Below, piece by piece: positions 36,645 to 46,678 of a DNA stretch of 64,000 bases (positions are counted from its first letter, which is position 1; every line of letters begins with the position of its first letter). The stretch comes from Escherichia phage momo. The notes below the pieces were generated by a model that saw nothing but the letters and a program-made list of their open reading frames with translations, did not search any database and was not told where the DNA came from. The DNA lies in sequence record MN850580.1; one strand, 5' to 3'. The position numbers were made by a program, and so were the translations under genes.

Positions 36645-37228
36645 CAGTAAGTTTTAATTACAATAGTGATGGCTCTGTATCAATTAATTCACCATATGCA
36701 AATGACCTACTTAAAGAGCTAGTCAATCAGTGTGATAGAGGTCTTCACTATGTTCAAAATTCTTTTAAACAGAAGACTATTGCTAATAACTTGATGCGTG
36801 TAACAGTGACGGCATCGAATCCAAATTATGACTTTGATAGTGAAAGTCCGTACTCATTAGTTGCGCTTGGAGAGAGCAGCCAATTCAAACTTGTTTGCCA
36901 CGACTCAGAAACATTTCTTAAGGTATTTTCCAACCTTATCCATAATAATAAGTACAGCTACGTTGATAGTAGTGTAAACTTCTATCCAGCAAACTATACA
37001 TGTTTGTTGGTTGATAATATGAGAAAAAGTAAGCAAGAGCCTACAGAAATTTCATTTGATGTGAACTCTAGTCCAGACGCAGAAACAAGTAAGAACTTTG
37101 ATATGAGTTACGCATTGTCACTTAGTAAGAAATCCGAGTTCATTGATTATGTCAATGGATTTGGTTTTAAGTTTGATGAGAGTATGAATCTTAAAAAACT
37201 TAAGAACCTACTTAAGACCAAAGCTTAA
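36638..37228 (+). CDS. hypothetical protein
   Basis: 196-aa ORF. Confidence 0.5.
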   Translation: MLTVSFNYNSDGSVSINSPYANDLLKELVNQCDRGLHYVQNSFKQKTIANNLMRVTVTASNPNYDFDSESPYSLVALGESSQFKLVCHDSETFLKVFSNLIHNNKYSYVDSSVNFYPANYTCLLVDNMRKSKQEPTEISFDVNSSPDAETSKNFDMSYALSLSKKSEFIDYVNGFGFKFDESMNLKKLKNLLKTKA

Positions 37229-37275
37229 GTGTGAATAGGGGCTGATGCCCCTTTAACTATTTATAAGGATATTTA

Positions 37276-37647
37276 ATGAAAGCTAAGAGTGCAAAAGACT
37301 TTTATTGCTTCCTACAATCCTATATCAATTCCGTGCAAAATGGTGAAAGGTACAACCTTAATGATGTTATCCCAACACCTTTGACATGGAGACTCAGTAA
37401 GTGGCCTGAAGAAGATATTACACCAACAAGCGAACAGCGTACCTACAAACCTGAAATCAATATTCCAGATTCTGAGAATCTATTATATCCAATGTTCCAT
37501 ATTGTTGGTCTTGGAAGATTCCTTATGGATATCCAGTATGTAATTGGTAAAGGTTATAAGGTTAAAGGTATTGTTGTTGGTGATGTATCTCCGCATCACA
37601 AAGGTTATTTTAGACTAAACGCACATTTAGAGGCTAAAAAGAAATGA
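37276..37647 (+). CDS. hypothetical protein, paralog of N-terminal domain of next gene
   Basis: Shares about 100-aa N-terminal similarity with 37644..38528 product (GxRY, WPExDI, KPxxxxPxSxxLLY, FxMDxQY). Confidence 0.5.
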   Translation: MKAKSAKDFYCFLQSYINSVQNGERYNLNDVIPTPLTWRLSKWPEEDITPTSEQRTYKPEINIPDSENLLYPMFHIVGLGRFLMDIQYVIGKGYKVKGIVVGDVSPHHKGYFRLNAHLEAKKK

Positions 37648-38528
37648 TTAAAGCAAAGACTTACCCAGACTTCAAAGAGTTTGTGAAGGGTTTCATTGCA
37701 AATGTAAAGGCTGGTAAGAGATATGATTTTAGAACATATCAAGAGGCTATTTTACCACTTACCTATAGTTCATATTGGCCTGAAGCTGATATTGCAGAAG
37801 TTGAGAAGTTTGACTACAAACCAGACTACAAAGTTCCATTTAGTGACGAATTGCTTTACAGTGTTGGTGCACAGATGAGAACTGCTGATTTCTTCATGGA
37901 TTTGCAGTATGCAATCATCAATGGTAAAGATGTTGACACAATTTACTGTGAATGGTTGGCAAGAGTTAAGCCGTTCTCAATGTTGAATGCTAAGTTGAAG
38001 GATGCTATTAAGCCACCAGCAATTACTCAGCAACCGACAGGTCAAACAGTCAATGAGGGTGGCACACTTACTCTAAGCATTCTAGCAACTAACGCCACTG
38101 GATATCAGTGGAAGAAGGATGGTGAGGACATCCCTAGTGCCAATTCTGCAACTTACACAAAACAGTCAGTAGCACCTTCTGACGCTGGTTCATACACTTG
38201 TGTTGTATCTGGAGAGGGTGGAACAAGTGTTACTTCAGATGCAGCAACAGTTACTGTGAATGCACTTCCAGTAATCACTCAACAGCCAGCAAATCAAGAA
38301 ATCACTGAAGGTGAGACCTTAACGCTGAATGTTGTGGCTACTGGTGCAACAAGTTACCAGTGGAAGAAAGGTGAGGAAGACATCCTCGATGCAACTACTG
38401 CAACTTACACCAAAGAAGGTGCAACCACCGCTGATGCAGGAAGCTACACTTGTGTAGTGACTGGCGCAGGTGGCTCTGTAACATCTAACGCAGCAACAGT
38501 TACAGTTAATCCAGCAGGGGAGGCATAA
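37644..38528 (+). CDS. protein with two tandem Ig-like domains
   Basis: Two about 80-aa repeats ITQQP..EG.TLTL..ATGAT.YQWKK..Y...AGSYTCVV..TVTVN. Confidence 0.55.
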   Translation: MIKAKTYPDFKEFVKGFIANVKAGKRYDFRTYQEAILPLTYSSYWPEADIAEVEKFDYKPDYKVPFSDELLYSVGAQMRTADFFMDLQYAIINGKDVDTIYCEWLARVKPFSMLNAKLKDAIKPPAITQQPTGQTVNEGGTLTLSILATNATGYQWKKDGEDIPSANSATYTKQSVAPSDAGSYTCVVSGEGGTSVTSDAATVTVNALPVITQQPANQEITEGETLTLNVVATGATSYQWKKGEEDILDATTATYTKEGATTADAGSYTCVVTGAGGSVTSNAATVTVNPAGEA

Positions 38529-38992
38529 TGCAACTCTCAAGAAAAGGTTTAGAGGCTATTAAGTTCTTTGAAGGTCTGAAGTTAGAGGCTTACGAAGACT
38601 CTGCCGGAATCCCAACAATCGGTTATGGAACAATCCGTATTGACGGAAAACCTGTTAAGATGGGTATGAAAATTACTGCTGAACAAGCTGAACAGTATCT
38701 TCTTGCAGATGTTGAAAAATTCGTTGCAGCAGTGAATAAAGCCATCAAGGTTCCAACTTCTCAGAACGAGTTTGATGCACTTGTAAGTGAAACATACAAC
38801 ATCGGTATCACAGCTATGCAGGATTCCACATTTATCAAGCGCCACAATGCTGGTAATAAGGTCGGTTGTGCAGAAGCTATGCAGTGGTGGAACAAGGTTA
38901 CAGTCAAAGGTAAGAAGGTCACTTCAAACGGCCTGAAAAACAGACGTAGAATGGAAGCTGACATTTATCTTGACAGTGTATACCCAAAGTAA
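38528..38992 (+). CDS. endolysin, lysozyme (GH24/T4-lysozyme-like)
   Basis: FEGLKLEAYEDSAGIPTIGYG catalytic-region motif; start overlaps upstream stop. Confidence 0.75.
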   Translation: MQLSRKGLEAIKFFEGLKLEAYEDSAGIPTIGYGTIRIDGKPVKMGMKITAEQAEQYLLADVEKFVAAVNKAIKVPTSQNEFDALVSETYNIGITAMQDSTFIKRHNAGNKVGCAEAMQWWNKVTVKGKKVTSNGLKNRRRMEADIYLDSVYPK

Positions 38993-39001
38993 TATCTTCA
39001 T

Positions 39002-39030
39002 AGGCTCCTTCGGGAGCCTTTTTTATTTTC
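39002..39030 (+). terminator. rho-independent terminator after endolysin
   Basis: aggctcc-ttcg-ggagcct followed by ttttttatttt. Confidence 0.7.
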
Positions 39031-39043
39031 TAAGGAGAAAACT

Positions 39044-39442
39044 ATGAAGCTTTGGGCTAGTGACTTTGGAACTTTTAAGTACACTCGTAACGGCTCGCTT
39101 GTACGTATCATTGGAAGTAACGTTGTTACAGTTGGAGATAAGGTACATACAAGGTTTACTGTTGAGTTGGTTGAACTATCGCCTATTGAGTCTGCTAATA
39201 ATGGTTTATTCAAGTTTGAAACTTACCATGTAAATGAGCATGGACAGTTTAATACTCTAGGTGAAAGTGGTCTCGATATTATTTCAGAGAACCCATTGAC
39301 AAGAGAGCAACTTGCAGGTTACTATAAAACCATTCTTGAAAGAACTTTGGCGACACATGAGCATGAAGCCAGATATCACATTGAACGGTGTGAAGTTCTA
39401 AAAGCAAAAATCGAACAAGCAGAGAGAGGTTTTTATGAATAA
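39044..39442 (+). CDS. hypothetical protein
   Basis: 132-aa ORF with AAGGAGAA RBS. Confidence 0.5.
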   Translation: MKLWASDFGTFKYTRNGSLVRIIGSNVVTVGDKVHTRFTVELVELSPIESANNGLFKFETYHVNEHGQFNTLGESGLDIISENPLTREQLAGYYKTILERTLATHEHEARYHIERCEVLKAKIEQAERGFYE

Positions 39443-39833
39443 AGATGTTAGAGATATCCAAGTAAAAGTTGACACGTTTGGCCATGATGGTCGAGAAGAT
39501 ATAGGTTTTGCCGATGCAGTAATATACAAGTGCAACGGAGATTTATTCCTTCAGTTTACAGGGTCTGGAAGCACACTTCATCGAGTACGAGATGATGAAG
39601 ATGGTTGTCCTGTATTTGGTTGGTTTGACAGGGAGTTCCCTCTTTACGCAATCCACTACCCAGATGGTGGTGAAGATTGGACAACCCAATCAATCTTTGA
39701 TGAGCTTAATGGTGTTCCAGTTGAGCAAGAAGAGCGAGAGCCTGTTGAACTTACCTTCACCTTTATCAAAGAAGAGAAAGTAGGTGACTTGTCAGTAACT
39801 GAAGCAATTCAAGTCTCACAGGTGATTCGTTAA
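39435..39833 (+). CDS. hypothetical protein
   Basis: 132-aa ORF. Confidence 0.5.
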   Translation: MNKDVRDIQVKVDTFGHDGREDIGFADAVIYKCNGDLFLQFTGSGSTLHRVRDDEDGCPVFGWFDREFPLYAIHYPDGGEDWTTQSIFDELNGVPVEQEEREPVELTFTFIKEEKVGDLSVTEAIQVSQVIR

Positions 39834-40126
39834 TGAGTAAAGTACAGGTTATTTTCCCTATTTGTGACTTCTCACTAGAGCGTGAACTTGACCTGTACGA
39901 AGAAATTACTGACGAAATTATCTGGTCTGTTGTAGAAGAGGCTATCAAGAAACTGTATGGTGGCCTCTTAAATCCATCAAGTAAAAAGCTCACTACTAAG
40001 CAAGTAGCTGATACGTACACTTCATATGATGCCTACAACAAGCCTTTTGAGAACACCTGCTTTGACCTTATGGTAGGTAATAATAAAGTCAACTATTTCT
40101 TCGTCAGAGAGTTTAACGATGAGTAA
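39833..40126 (+). CDS. hypothetical protein
   Basis: 97-aa ORF. Confidence 0.45.
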   Translation: MSKVQVIFPICDFSLERELDLYEEITDEIIWSVVEEAIKKLYGGLLNPSSKKLTTKQVADTYTSYDAYNKPFENTCFDLMVGNNKVNYFFVREFNDE

Positions 40127-40463
40127 GCTCCATGTCACAGTTTACAAAAACTTCTCAGATATTAAAGAGTCTTTAACAAATAAGCTTGACTTACAACGTA
40201 AAAGACTCTTCTTAATGTACGATATAGACAACTACAACCATCCTAAAGAGTTTAACTACAAAGATGGTACAAAGGTTGTTGAGTTTGAAGATTCTGTAAC
40301 GGTGTATGTCAAGTATGACTTGCCAGCAAAGTACATAGGGATGCTAGAGTACTACATATTCAAACATACTGGTATGCGTGGTGAATCTGTCAAGATATCT
40401 TCTATAGAAGTTTTTGAGAAACCTAACACACAACTTAAAAAGTATTTAATGAGGAAACTGTAA
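40119..40463 (+). CDS. hypothetical protein
   Basis: 114-aa ORF. Confidence 0.45.
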   Translation: MSKLHVTVYKNFSDIKESLTNKLDLQRKRLFLMYDIDNYNHPKEFNYKDGTKVVEFEDSVTVYVKYDLPAKYIGMLEYYIFKHTGMRGESVKISSIEVFEKPNTQLKKYLMRKL

Positions 40464-41044
40464 TGTCCGAAGAGCAACAGAATATTACTCCACAAGTAAC
40501 ACTAGTCCAACATTTTGGAAACATTGAAGGGTGTGTTGCACTTTTTCAACCAAGCATCAACTCTCCTGCAAAAGTTTGTAAGTTGACTATGAATGTGAAC
40601 AATATCAGTGTTTGCCTTGTTGATGAAGTTCAATATTTCAAGTTTAATGACAGAGAGGTTGATGCTGCACTATTGAAGTACCGAGCAAGCCTCGAAAAAG
40701 ACATCGACCACAAAGAACTTGTAACACTGTTTGGTGACCTTCACAAGCTTCTTGAAAAGGTTATGAAGCGCACATACTACATGAACAATGGTTCAATCAT
40801 CACCACTTTGATTTCACCATGTATATCAGAGCCAATTTTAACTGATGACGGTGGATACTACGTGGTAGCATCAGCAGACTCTGATTGGTGGATGAAGAAC
40901 ACAGCACTTAAAACAGTGATTGAGGCTATCCGCGAACATATCCCTTCATTCAGCCCGTGGAAAGGTAAAAGTGATGATTTCATTGCACTATTGAGTGAAG
41001 AGAGTAACAAGCGCAGTGCATTGCTGCCTAAAAAATACTCTTGA
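40463..41044 (+). CDS. hypothetical protein
   Basis: 193-aa ORF. Confidence 0.5.
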   Translation: MSEEQQNITPQVTLVQHFGNIEGCVALFQPSINSPAKVCKLTMNVNNISVCLVDEVQYFKFNDREVDAALLKYRASLEKDIDHKELVTLFGDLHKLLEKVMKRTYYMNNGSIITTLISPCISEPILTDDGGYYVVASADSDWWMKNTALKTVIEAIREHIPSFSPWKGKSDDFIALLSEESNKRSALLPKKYS

Positions 41045-41127
41045 CCGAGTATACAATATTGACTATGATGGGAGCTATCGAGAGGTAGTTCCCTTTTTAG
41101 TTTCTAGATAAGAGACATGGTAAAAGA

Positions 41128-41346
41128 ATGAAAAAGTTAACTACAGTTGAAGATTACTACAAACTTTCCCTGTTAGAACAGTATCGTAGAAGCCAGAATA
41201 TCAGAAAATGCTACGGTAAACACGCTGAAGGTGACTTTTACCGTTGCTATGATGCAGATTTAAAAGGCGTAACACCTAGAGGGAAAGTCCTGCAAAGACT
41301 TGTTGACCTTGAGTGGAACAAACGATTGAGAGGGGTTGGAAAATGA
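41128..41346 (+). CDS. hypothetical protein
   Basis: 72-aa ORF. Confidence 0.4.
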   Translation: MKKLTTVEDYYKLSLLEQYRRSQNIRKCYGKHAEGDFYRCYDADLKGVTPRGKVLQRLVDLEWNKRLRGVGK

Positions 41347-41846
41347 TTTACGAAGAAAGATACAAGATAGATTTTCAGGATACTTGCCATCATACTTCTT
41401 TAAGAGTGACGAAACCAAATGGAGAGGTTGGTATCATAGCACATTTTGGTGGTGATTATTGGTATGGTACAGGTTGCTTTGAAGGCTACACTCAAGAATA
41501 CCTGAAAGCTTTCTACAGAGACTTTGCAAATGACTACAACAGAGTTGTTGACGAAAAGAATAAGTGTATTAAGCATGAACACCATGCCAGAGGTTGCCTA
41601 AGTATTGTTATGGTACTGGCGTTCTTCTTAGCAATGCTACTGGCAGTATCAGCAATTAGCTGCATAGCTCAAGATTTGACCATTACACAGATTACTACAA
41701 AGATACATGATATCTGGTACTTGTATGCTGTTCCTTTAGCTGGTATTATCATCTCACTAATAAGGTTCAGAGTTCATAAGAAACGACTTAAGGACTCAGA
41801 GATTAAACTTGAAGAGGTAAGTAAAGAATGCAACCTACAATTATAG
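41313..41846 (+). CDS. membrane protein
   Basis: Two hydrophobic helices in C-terminal half (LSIVMVLAFFLAMLLAVSAI, LYAVPLAGIIISLI). Confidence 0.5.
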   Translation: MEQTIERGWKMIYEERYKIDFQDTCHHTSLRVTKPNGEVGIIAHFGGDYWYGTGCFEGYTQEYLKAFYRDFANDYNRVVDEKNKCIKHEHHARGCLSIVMVLAFFLAMLLAVSAISCIAQDLTITQITTKIHDIWYLYAVPLAGIIISLIRFRVHKKRLKDSEIKLEEVSKECNLQL

Positions 41847-41922
41847 CTGTATGTGTTCGTTTTGCAATCGCTGAAATGATTAACAAGGCAATCTTAAAAG
41901 ATGCCTATGGAGAGACTAAGCA

Positions 41923-42147
41923 ATGATTAAGACACCTGTACCAATTTTTGGATTTCCTTCTATAGAAGAGTTCAAAGTTTATCTTGACAAAAACTTCTAC
42001 AACGAGCAGCCTGTTACTTTGCTGAAGAGTGACTTATCAGAGCTTCTTGATATGGTTATTAAGGCAACTTCTGAGAAGGAGCCTGAACAGAAAGCTGAGA
42101 AGAAGACTAGTAAGAAATCCGATAAGAAGACTGAAAAGTCTGAGTAA
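41923..42147 (+). CDS. hypothetical protein with Lys/Glu-rich tail
   Basis: 74-aa ORF. Confidence 0.4.
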   Translation: MIKTPVPIFGFPSIEEFKVYLDKNFYNEQPVTLLKSDLSELLDMVIKATSEKEPEQKAEKKTSKKSDKKTEKSE

Positions 42148-42199
42148 TAACTTAGGGGTTACTTGATAGCCCCTTTGTAGAAGCTTAGAAGGTAGCGAA

Positions 42200-42664
42200 A
42201 TGAAAATTAAAGAAGTCGTTCAAAAAGCAATGCTTGACAACTCAACTAAAGATGAAATGTACAAAGAGATTTGTGATAAGTTGAATTGTTCAAGACATGC
42301 TGCTAAGGCTCTTGTACATTGTTTTATCTGGGAATGCTCAGAGGCTTATATGCAATATGTAGCTTTTGAAAGTTCTCACTTGCTAGGTGATGTAGAAGCT
42401 GGTGATAAGCTAAAAGAGCCTGAGATGAAAACAGTCCCTAGAGTCGGTAATACATACCCTCTTAAAGATTTCAAGACTGGAAAGATTGTTGCAAAAGGTG
42501 TAGTAGAATCTGTCTATCATGATGGTAAATACTTACTTAAAATATTTGAGTATGACAGCCACTATACGCACTTATGTGGGATTACATTCTTAGTAACAGA
42601 AGAAGACCTTATTAAGCACAACAGCAACAAGTTTGCAGTACCAGCCTACCAAGTTTTACGATAA
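42200..42664 (+). CDS. hypothetical protein
   Basis: 154-aa ORF. Confidence 0.5.
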   Translation: MKIKEVVQKAMLDNSTKDEMYKEICDKLNCSRHAAKALVHCFIWECSEAYMQYVAFESSHLLGDVEAGDKLKEPEMKTVPRVGNTYPLKDFKTGKIVAKGVVESVYHDGKYLLKIFEYDSHYTHLCGITFLVTEEDLIKHNSNKFAVPAYQVLR

Positions 42665-43226
42665 TGTTGTGATAGCTATGGAAAAAGATAACTTAAAAGA
42701 AGTTGAAGGTAACTACCTAGTCCTTGACTGGAGTGATGTTCGTGAAGCACTCTCCGAAGAAAATCTTGACTGGTTCCAACAAATTATCTTTGCAGTACGA
42801 CATACCAGAGAAGTTGAAAATGGTAAAGAGCCACTTGAAGGAATCTTTGTAGAGAAGTCTTATCCGTTCTATGAAGACACTTTACAGAAAGTTAAAATGT
42901 ACTTTAAACAGAAGAACCGTAAAGTGGTCACTATGGTATCTCTTGGTGGACAGAGTATGTCTGTGATGGAAGATATCAACCCTAAGAGACCGAGCAAAGG
43001 TGTCTGTATAAAAATCACAGGGCATGAAGAGTATATCTCAGTGGACGATTTTAGTGTGTTCTGTAATGGTTCTGCTGTCTTTAATGGGTTTCACTATGAT
43101 ATCCGAGTGTACCCAATCAAGGGAGATGATATCATGATGCAGATATTCGATAACAACAATGGATTTACTCATTTTTATCAGACAACCAAGTCATCATTAA
43201 AAACAGTTCTGGAAACACTGATTTAA
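42633..43226 (+). CDS. hypothetical protein
   Basis: 197-aa ORF. Confidence 0.5.
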   Translation: MQYQPTKFYDNVVIAMEKDNLKEVEGNYLVLDWSDVREALSEENLDWFQQIIFAVRHTREVENGKEPLEGIFVEKSYPFYEDTLQKVKMYFKQKNRKVVTMVSLGGQSMSVMEDINPKRPSKGVCIKITGHEEYISVDDFSVFCNGSAVFNGFHYDIRVYPIKGDDIMMQIFDNNNGFTHFYQTTKSSLKTVLETLI

Positions 43227-43236
43227 AATATCTTAA

Positions 43237-43270
43237 GAGCCTCCTTAATTGGGGGCTTTTTAATTTTTAT
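43237..43270 (+). terminator. rho-independent terminator ending the + strand block
   Basis: gagcctcc-ttaatt-gggggctt hairpin followed by tttttaattttta. Confidence 0.55.
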
Positions 43271-44880
43271 AAAATTTTATCGGTTGTCCCAACCTCTGGG
43301 TCACCATCATATGTGAATAAAATATCTACCCTTCTTAACAACCTTCTTAAGCTTACTCTCTATATATAGTTATATAGTACTATATAGTATCTTAGTATCT
43401 ATCTAGTGGTCTTAATAGCCCCTCTGTATAGCCCTTCTAAATAGCCTTCTAAACACTCTTCTAACAAGCCTTCTTAATAACCTATACAATCACCTTAACC
43501 ATTCCTCTACACACTCTTAGAAGCTCCTATACACCTCTTAATCTCTATGTCAGCTATGATACCCTCTATAGGTGTTCACTAGGTACTACTAAGCCTCTAT
43601 ATAGACTGTTTTAACAAACTTAACAGGAATATCTTCACAGACTTTATCTCACAAGGTCTAACACGGCACTAACAAGGTATCTTATAAGCCTGTTTCTACC
43701 TGTATTTTTAAAAGACTGTATAGGTAATTATTCAGAATCTTAAAATTTTTATAAAATAGAGCTATCAAGTCATTTTTTAGGGTCTTTGAAGGAACTGAAA
43801 AATATCTGTAGAAGATGTATATCTGCTTGGTAGCCCTTAACAGCCCCCTTACAAGTACTTTGCAAAATTTTAAAATATCCTTAACAATCTCTTAACAGTT
43901 CTCACACCTTCTTAACAACTCTTCAAAGGTCTTAACAGATTCTTAACAGAACTAACAAGGATGTAACAGTTTTCTAACAAGTGCTGAATAGGCTTTACAG
44001 AATCTTAACAGATGACTAACAAGAGCTAAGTAGTTAAATGTTAAGAGTTATTTTGTTAAGATAATTAACAAGTTTCTAACAAGTGTTTAATCTTTTTAAC
44101 AAGCTATTAACATGGTCACTACTCTTTTCTTATCGTTCCCTTTGCTTCTTAGTGATTCTTTAAACATACCTCTTAAAAGCCCTCTATAGCTCCTTGTAAG
44201 CTCTTTTAAGTCTCTTCCTAGTATTTACCCCCAACTATACAGACACCTCTTTATAAGGCTTTACAGAAGCTTTAAAGGCTATGTCAAAGGCTCTTACAAG
44301 GCTTTTACATGGTCTTAACAGAGATTTAACAAGGGGCTAACAAGTTGCTAACAAGTGCCTTAAAAGCATAACTATGTAGGGTTTGTTAAGAAATTGTTAA
44401 GAAAATGTTAAGGGGGCTAGCATTTACGTAACTTTTAAGCTACTTCAAAATAACTTTTAAACTACTTCAAAATAACTTTATAGCCCCCTTCTTAGATATT
44501 CACAAGATAGCTAACGAGATAATAAAGCTTACACCCTTATAAGATTCTTTTAAGTCTCTGGGAAGCTTTATAAAGGGCTTTTTAGGGTGAGTTAATGCAA
44601 TCCCTTAAGTTAGGTTGATAAGGCTGTTATAGAGCTTTATAGAGCGTTTAAACGGTTGCCCTTCCCTTTCGGGTTATGGGCTTATATTTAAGTTGATTTG
44701 ATAAAAGGCTATAGAGTAGACTATAGAGTTATTGCTTTTTAAGGTCTGATAAGATTCTGGAAAGGAAAGGGAAAGGGCTGTATAAGGGATTTGATAAGAC
44801 GTAAAAAAGCCCCTATGAGATAGACTCTATCGAATCTATATGGGAAAGGGGCTGTAAAGGTATCTGGGGCTATTTAGCCC
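43271..44880. repeat. 1.6-kb non-coding word-repeat region (YTAACAR, CTTCTAA, TATAGT words; tandem 21-bp repeat at 44437-44478)
   Basis: No ORF of 60 aa or more on either strand; YTAACAR words at about 10-12 bp spacing in 43900-44110. Confidence 0.65.
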
Positions 44881-44891
44881 CGTTGCGGCGT

Positions 44892-45140
44892 TTAGTTAGT
44901 GCCTTTTTTGTCGTAGTACAGGGAGACAATTTTTTCACCCCAGTAGTGGTATGTATAACCCTCTTTGAGAACTTCCTGTTTTGTTTCTTTCCAGAATTCA
45001 TCAGAGGGGTTGTAGTCACTGATGGTCTGGCTGATGAGGCCTTTCACCATTTCAAAGGTGTTATCAGTACCTACAAGGTCAAATTTAACGTCCAGAGAGT
45101 AGAAGCCGAATTCGTTAACAGTTGCGCGGATAGTAGCCAT
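44892..45140 (-). CDS. small hypothetical protein (cassette-flanked)
   Basis: ATG preceded by conserved CCTAAACTGGAGATTCTAAA block. Confidence 0.5.
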   Translation of the reverse strand: MATIRATVNEFGFYSLDVKFDLVGTDNTFEMVKGLISQTISDYNPSDEFWKETKQEVLKEGYTYHYWGEKIVSLYYDKKGTN

Positions 45141-45219
45141 TTTAGAATCTCCAGTTTAGGAAGTTGATTAAGGGTTTTATTTAGTGGGGAAGGTCATTCC
45201 CTCCCCGTTGATTGACAAT
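45141..45219 (-). repeat. type A upstream cassette (stem-loop GGGGAGGGAATGACCTTCCCC + conserved RBS block)
   Basis: Near-identical copies at 46312, 47536. Confidence 0.6.
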
Positions 45220-45750
45220 TTACAGACTTTTGATTGTCTCGTCAATATCTTTTTCAATATCTTTTAAAGTTTTTTCTAAGTTCTTGATATTGAAAGATAA
45301 GCCCTCTCCTAGTGTCTTAGAGTAACCGCTAGGACGTGAGTTATATAGTTCGATTTCTTCCACTTCGAAGAGACTAACCAACTCACCGCTTACACTGTAA
45401 GCCATTGAAACAGTATTTACAGGGGCTTTATAAAACTTGTTTAAGGACTTGATAGAACGTTCATAAGCCATTTTATAACCGTTTAAAAGGTTTTTAACGT
45501 GGTTACGAACGTTTTTGCACTCATCTAAGTAAATCTCTAAGAATAACGGTAATAATTCCGCTACAGCTTGCATAAAGTGAGAGACTACAACAGTAGAAAC
45601 ATTACGGCGATGAATGTAATAAGCCCCGTTTTCTGACTTAGTGATGGTTGCAAAGTGTACCCCATTGCAGCGAAATTCGTATGTGTCTTTTACAGGTTTT
45701 GACATTACAGCATTTGAACGAATGAAGTTGATAGCTTTAAACTTGTTCAT
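45220..45750 (-). CDS. hypothetical protein
   Basis: 176-aa ORF with cassette upstream. Confidence 0.5.
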   Translation of the reverse strand: MNKFKAINFIRSNAVMSKPVKDTYEFRCNGVHFATITKSENGAYYIHRRNVSTVVVSHFMQAVAELLPLFLEIYLDECKNVRNHVKNLLNGYKMAYERSIKSLNKFYKAPVNTVSMAYSVSGELVSLFEVEEIELYNSRPSGYSKTLGEGLSFNIKNLEKTLKDIEKDIDETIKSL

Positions 45751-45830
45751 TTTGACTCTCCTAGTTTAAGGATTTTATTTAGTGAGGAAGGTCATCCCTC
45801 CCGTTGATTAGTAATTTACTTGTTTTGATA
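45751..45830 (-). repeat. type A cassette, diverged copy
   Basis: ttagtgaggaaggtcatccctcccgttgattag variant. Confidence 0.5.
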
Positions 45831-45969
45831 GCTGATTGCAAGCAATTTTTTAAGCTTATCTATAAAGAATCTTTTAAGTGAATCCCTTTTAGATAAACCC
45901 CCTCGAACAAAGTTACCAATGTCAAGGGGTATTGTCAACACTTTTTAAAAGTTTTTTGTAAGTTATTGA

Positions 45970-46311
45970 TTAACTGATGAATATTTTTTCAGGCTTTACA
46001 TAGCTGATACGTTGACTTTTTAGAAGGTCATCCCAGATTATCGCGGCAATGTGACCATATCCGGCCTCACGTAAGAGCTTCATTGCTTTACTTCTCGTTT
46101 CAAAACGGCTTGCGTAGTACTCACTATTCAGAGTTGTTTTCTTCCCTTCATTGTCTACATGAATAATCTGCATTACGTGAAAGGGGCTTGTGTCCTCGCC
46201 TTTGTTCCACTGTTCAAAGTATTTTAGGCACTGCATAGGCGACATCTTATCACTAACCTGAGTTGACCAAGATGCGCCAGCTTTATCGGTAATTACGGTT
46301 ACATAAGCCAT
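45970..46311 (-). CDS. hypothetical protein
   Basis: 113-aa ORF. Confidence 0.5.
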   Translation of the reverse strand: MAYVTVITDKAGASWSTQVSDKMSPMQCLKYFEQWNKGEDTSPFHVMQIIHVDNEGKKTTLNSEYYASRFETRSKAMKLLREAGYGHIAAIIWDDLLKSQRISYVKPEKIFIS

Positions 46312-46401
46312 TTTTAGAATCTCCAGTTTAGGACTTTACTTAGTGGGGAAGGTCATTCCCTCCCCGTTGATTGACAATTTACAGACTTTTATCAGGCTTG
46401 T
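46312..46401 (-). repeat. type A upstream cassette
   Basis: Copy of 45141-45219 element. Confidence 0.6.
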
Positions 46402-46635
46402 CTAGTCTTTTTCAATGATAATTTCATATTGACCGTCAACGCTGTCAAAATAGATGCCGTCTTTATCTTCTGTCTTAAAGTAGCATTGTATATCATCACT
46501 TGCGGGATAGTCTTGCCGTGCTATCTGGCAAACTTGAATAGCATTTTCTTTACTTCCTGTAAACTCTTCAAGCCCTTTAAAATCGCATGAATGACCATTA
46601 CAGATGGAAAGGATGAGGTAAACGGTTGTAAGCAT
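46402..46635 (-). CDS. small hypothetical protein, N-terminal hydrophobic segment
   Basis: 77-aa ORF, MLTTVYLILSICNG start. Confidence 0.45.
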   Translation of the reverse strand: MLTTVYLILSICNGHSCDFKGLEEFTGSKENAIQVCQIARQDYPASDDIQCYFKTEDKDGIYFDSVDGQYEIIIEKD

Positions 46636-46652
46636 GATTTAAGCCCCCTAAA

Positions 46653-46669
46653 AGCCCCTACAAGGGGCT
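46653..46669 (-). other. intergenic hairpin
   Basis: agcccct-acaa-ggggct. Confidence 0.35.
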
Positions 46670-46678
46670 GATTAGTGT

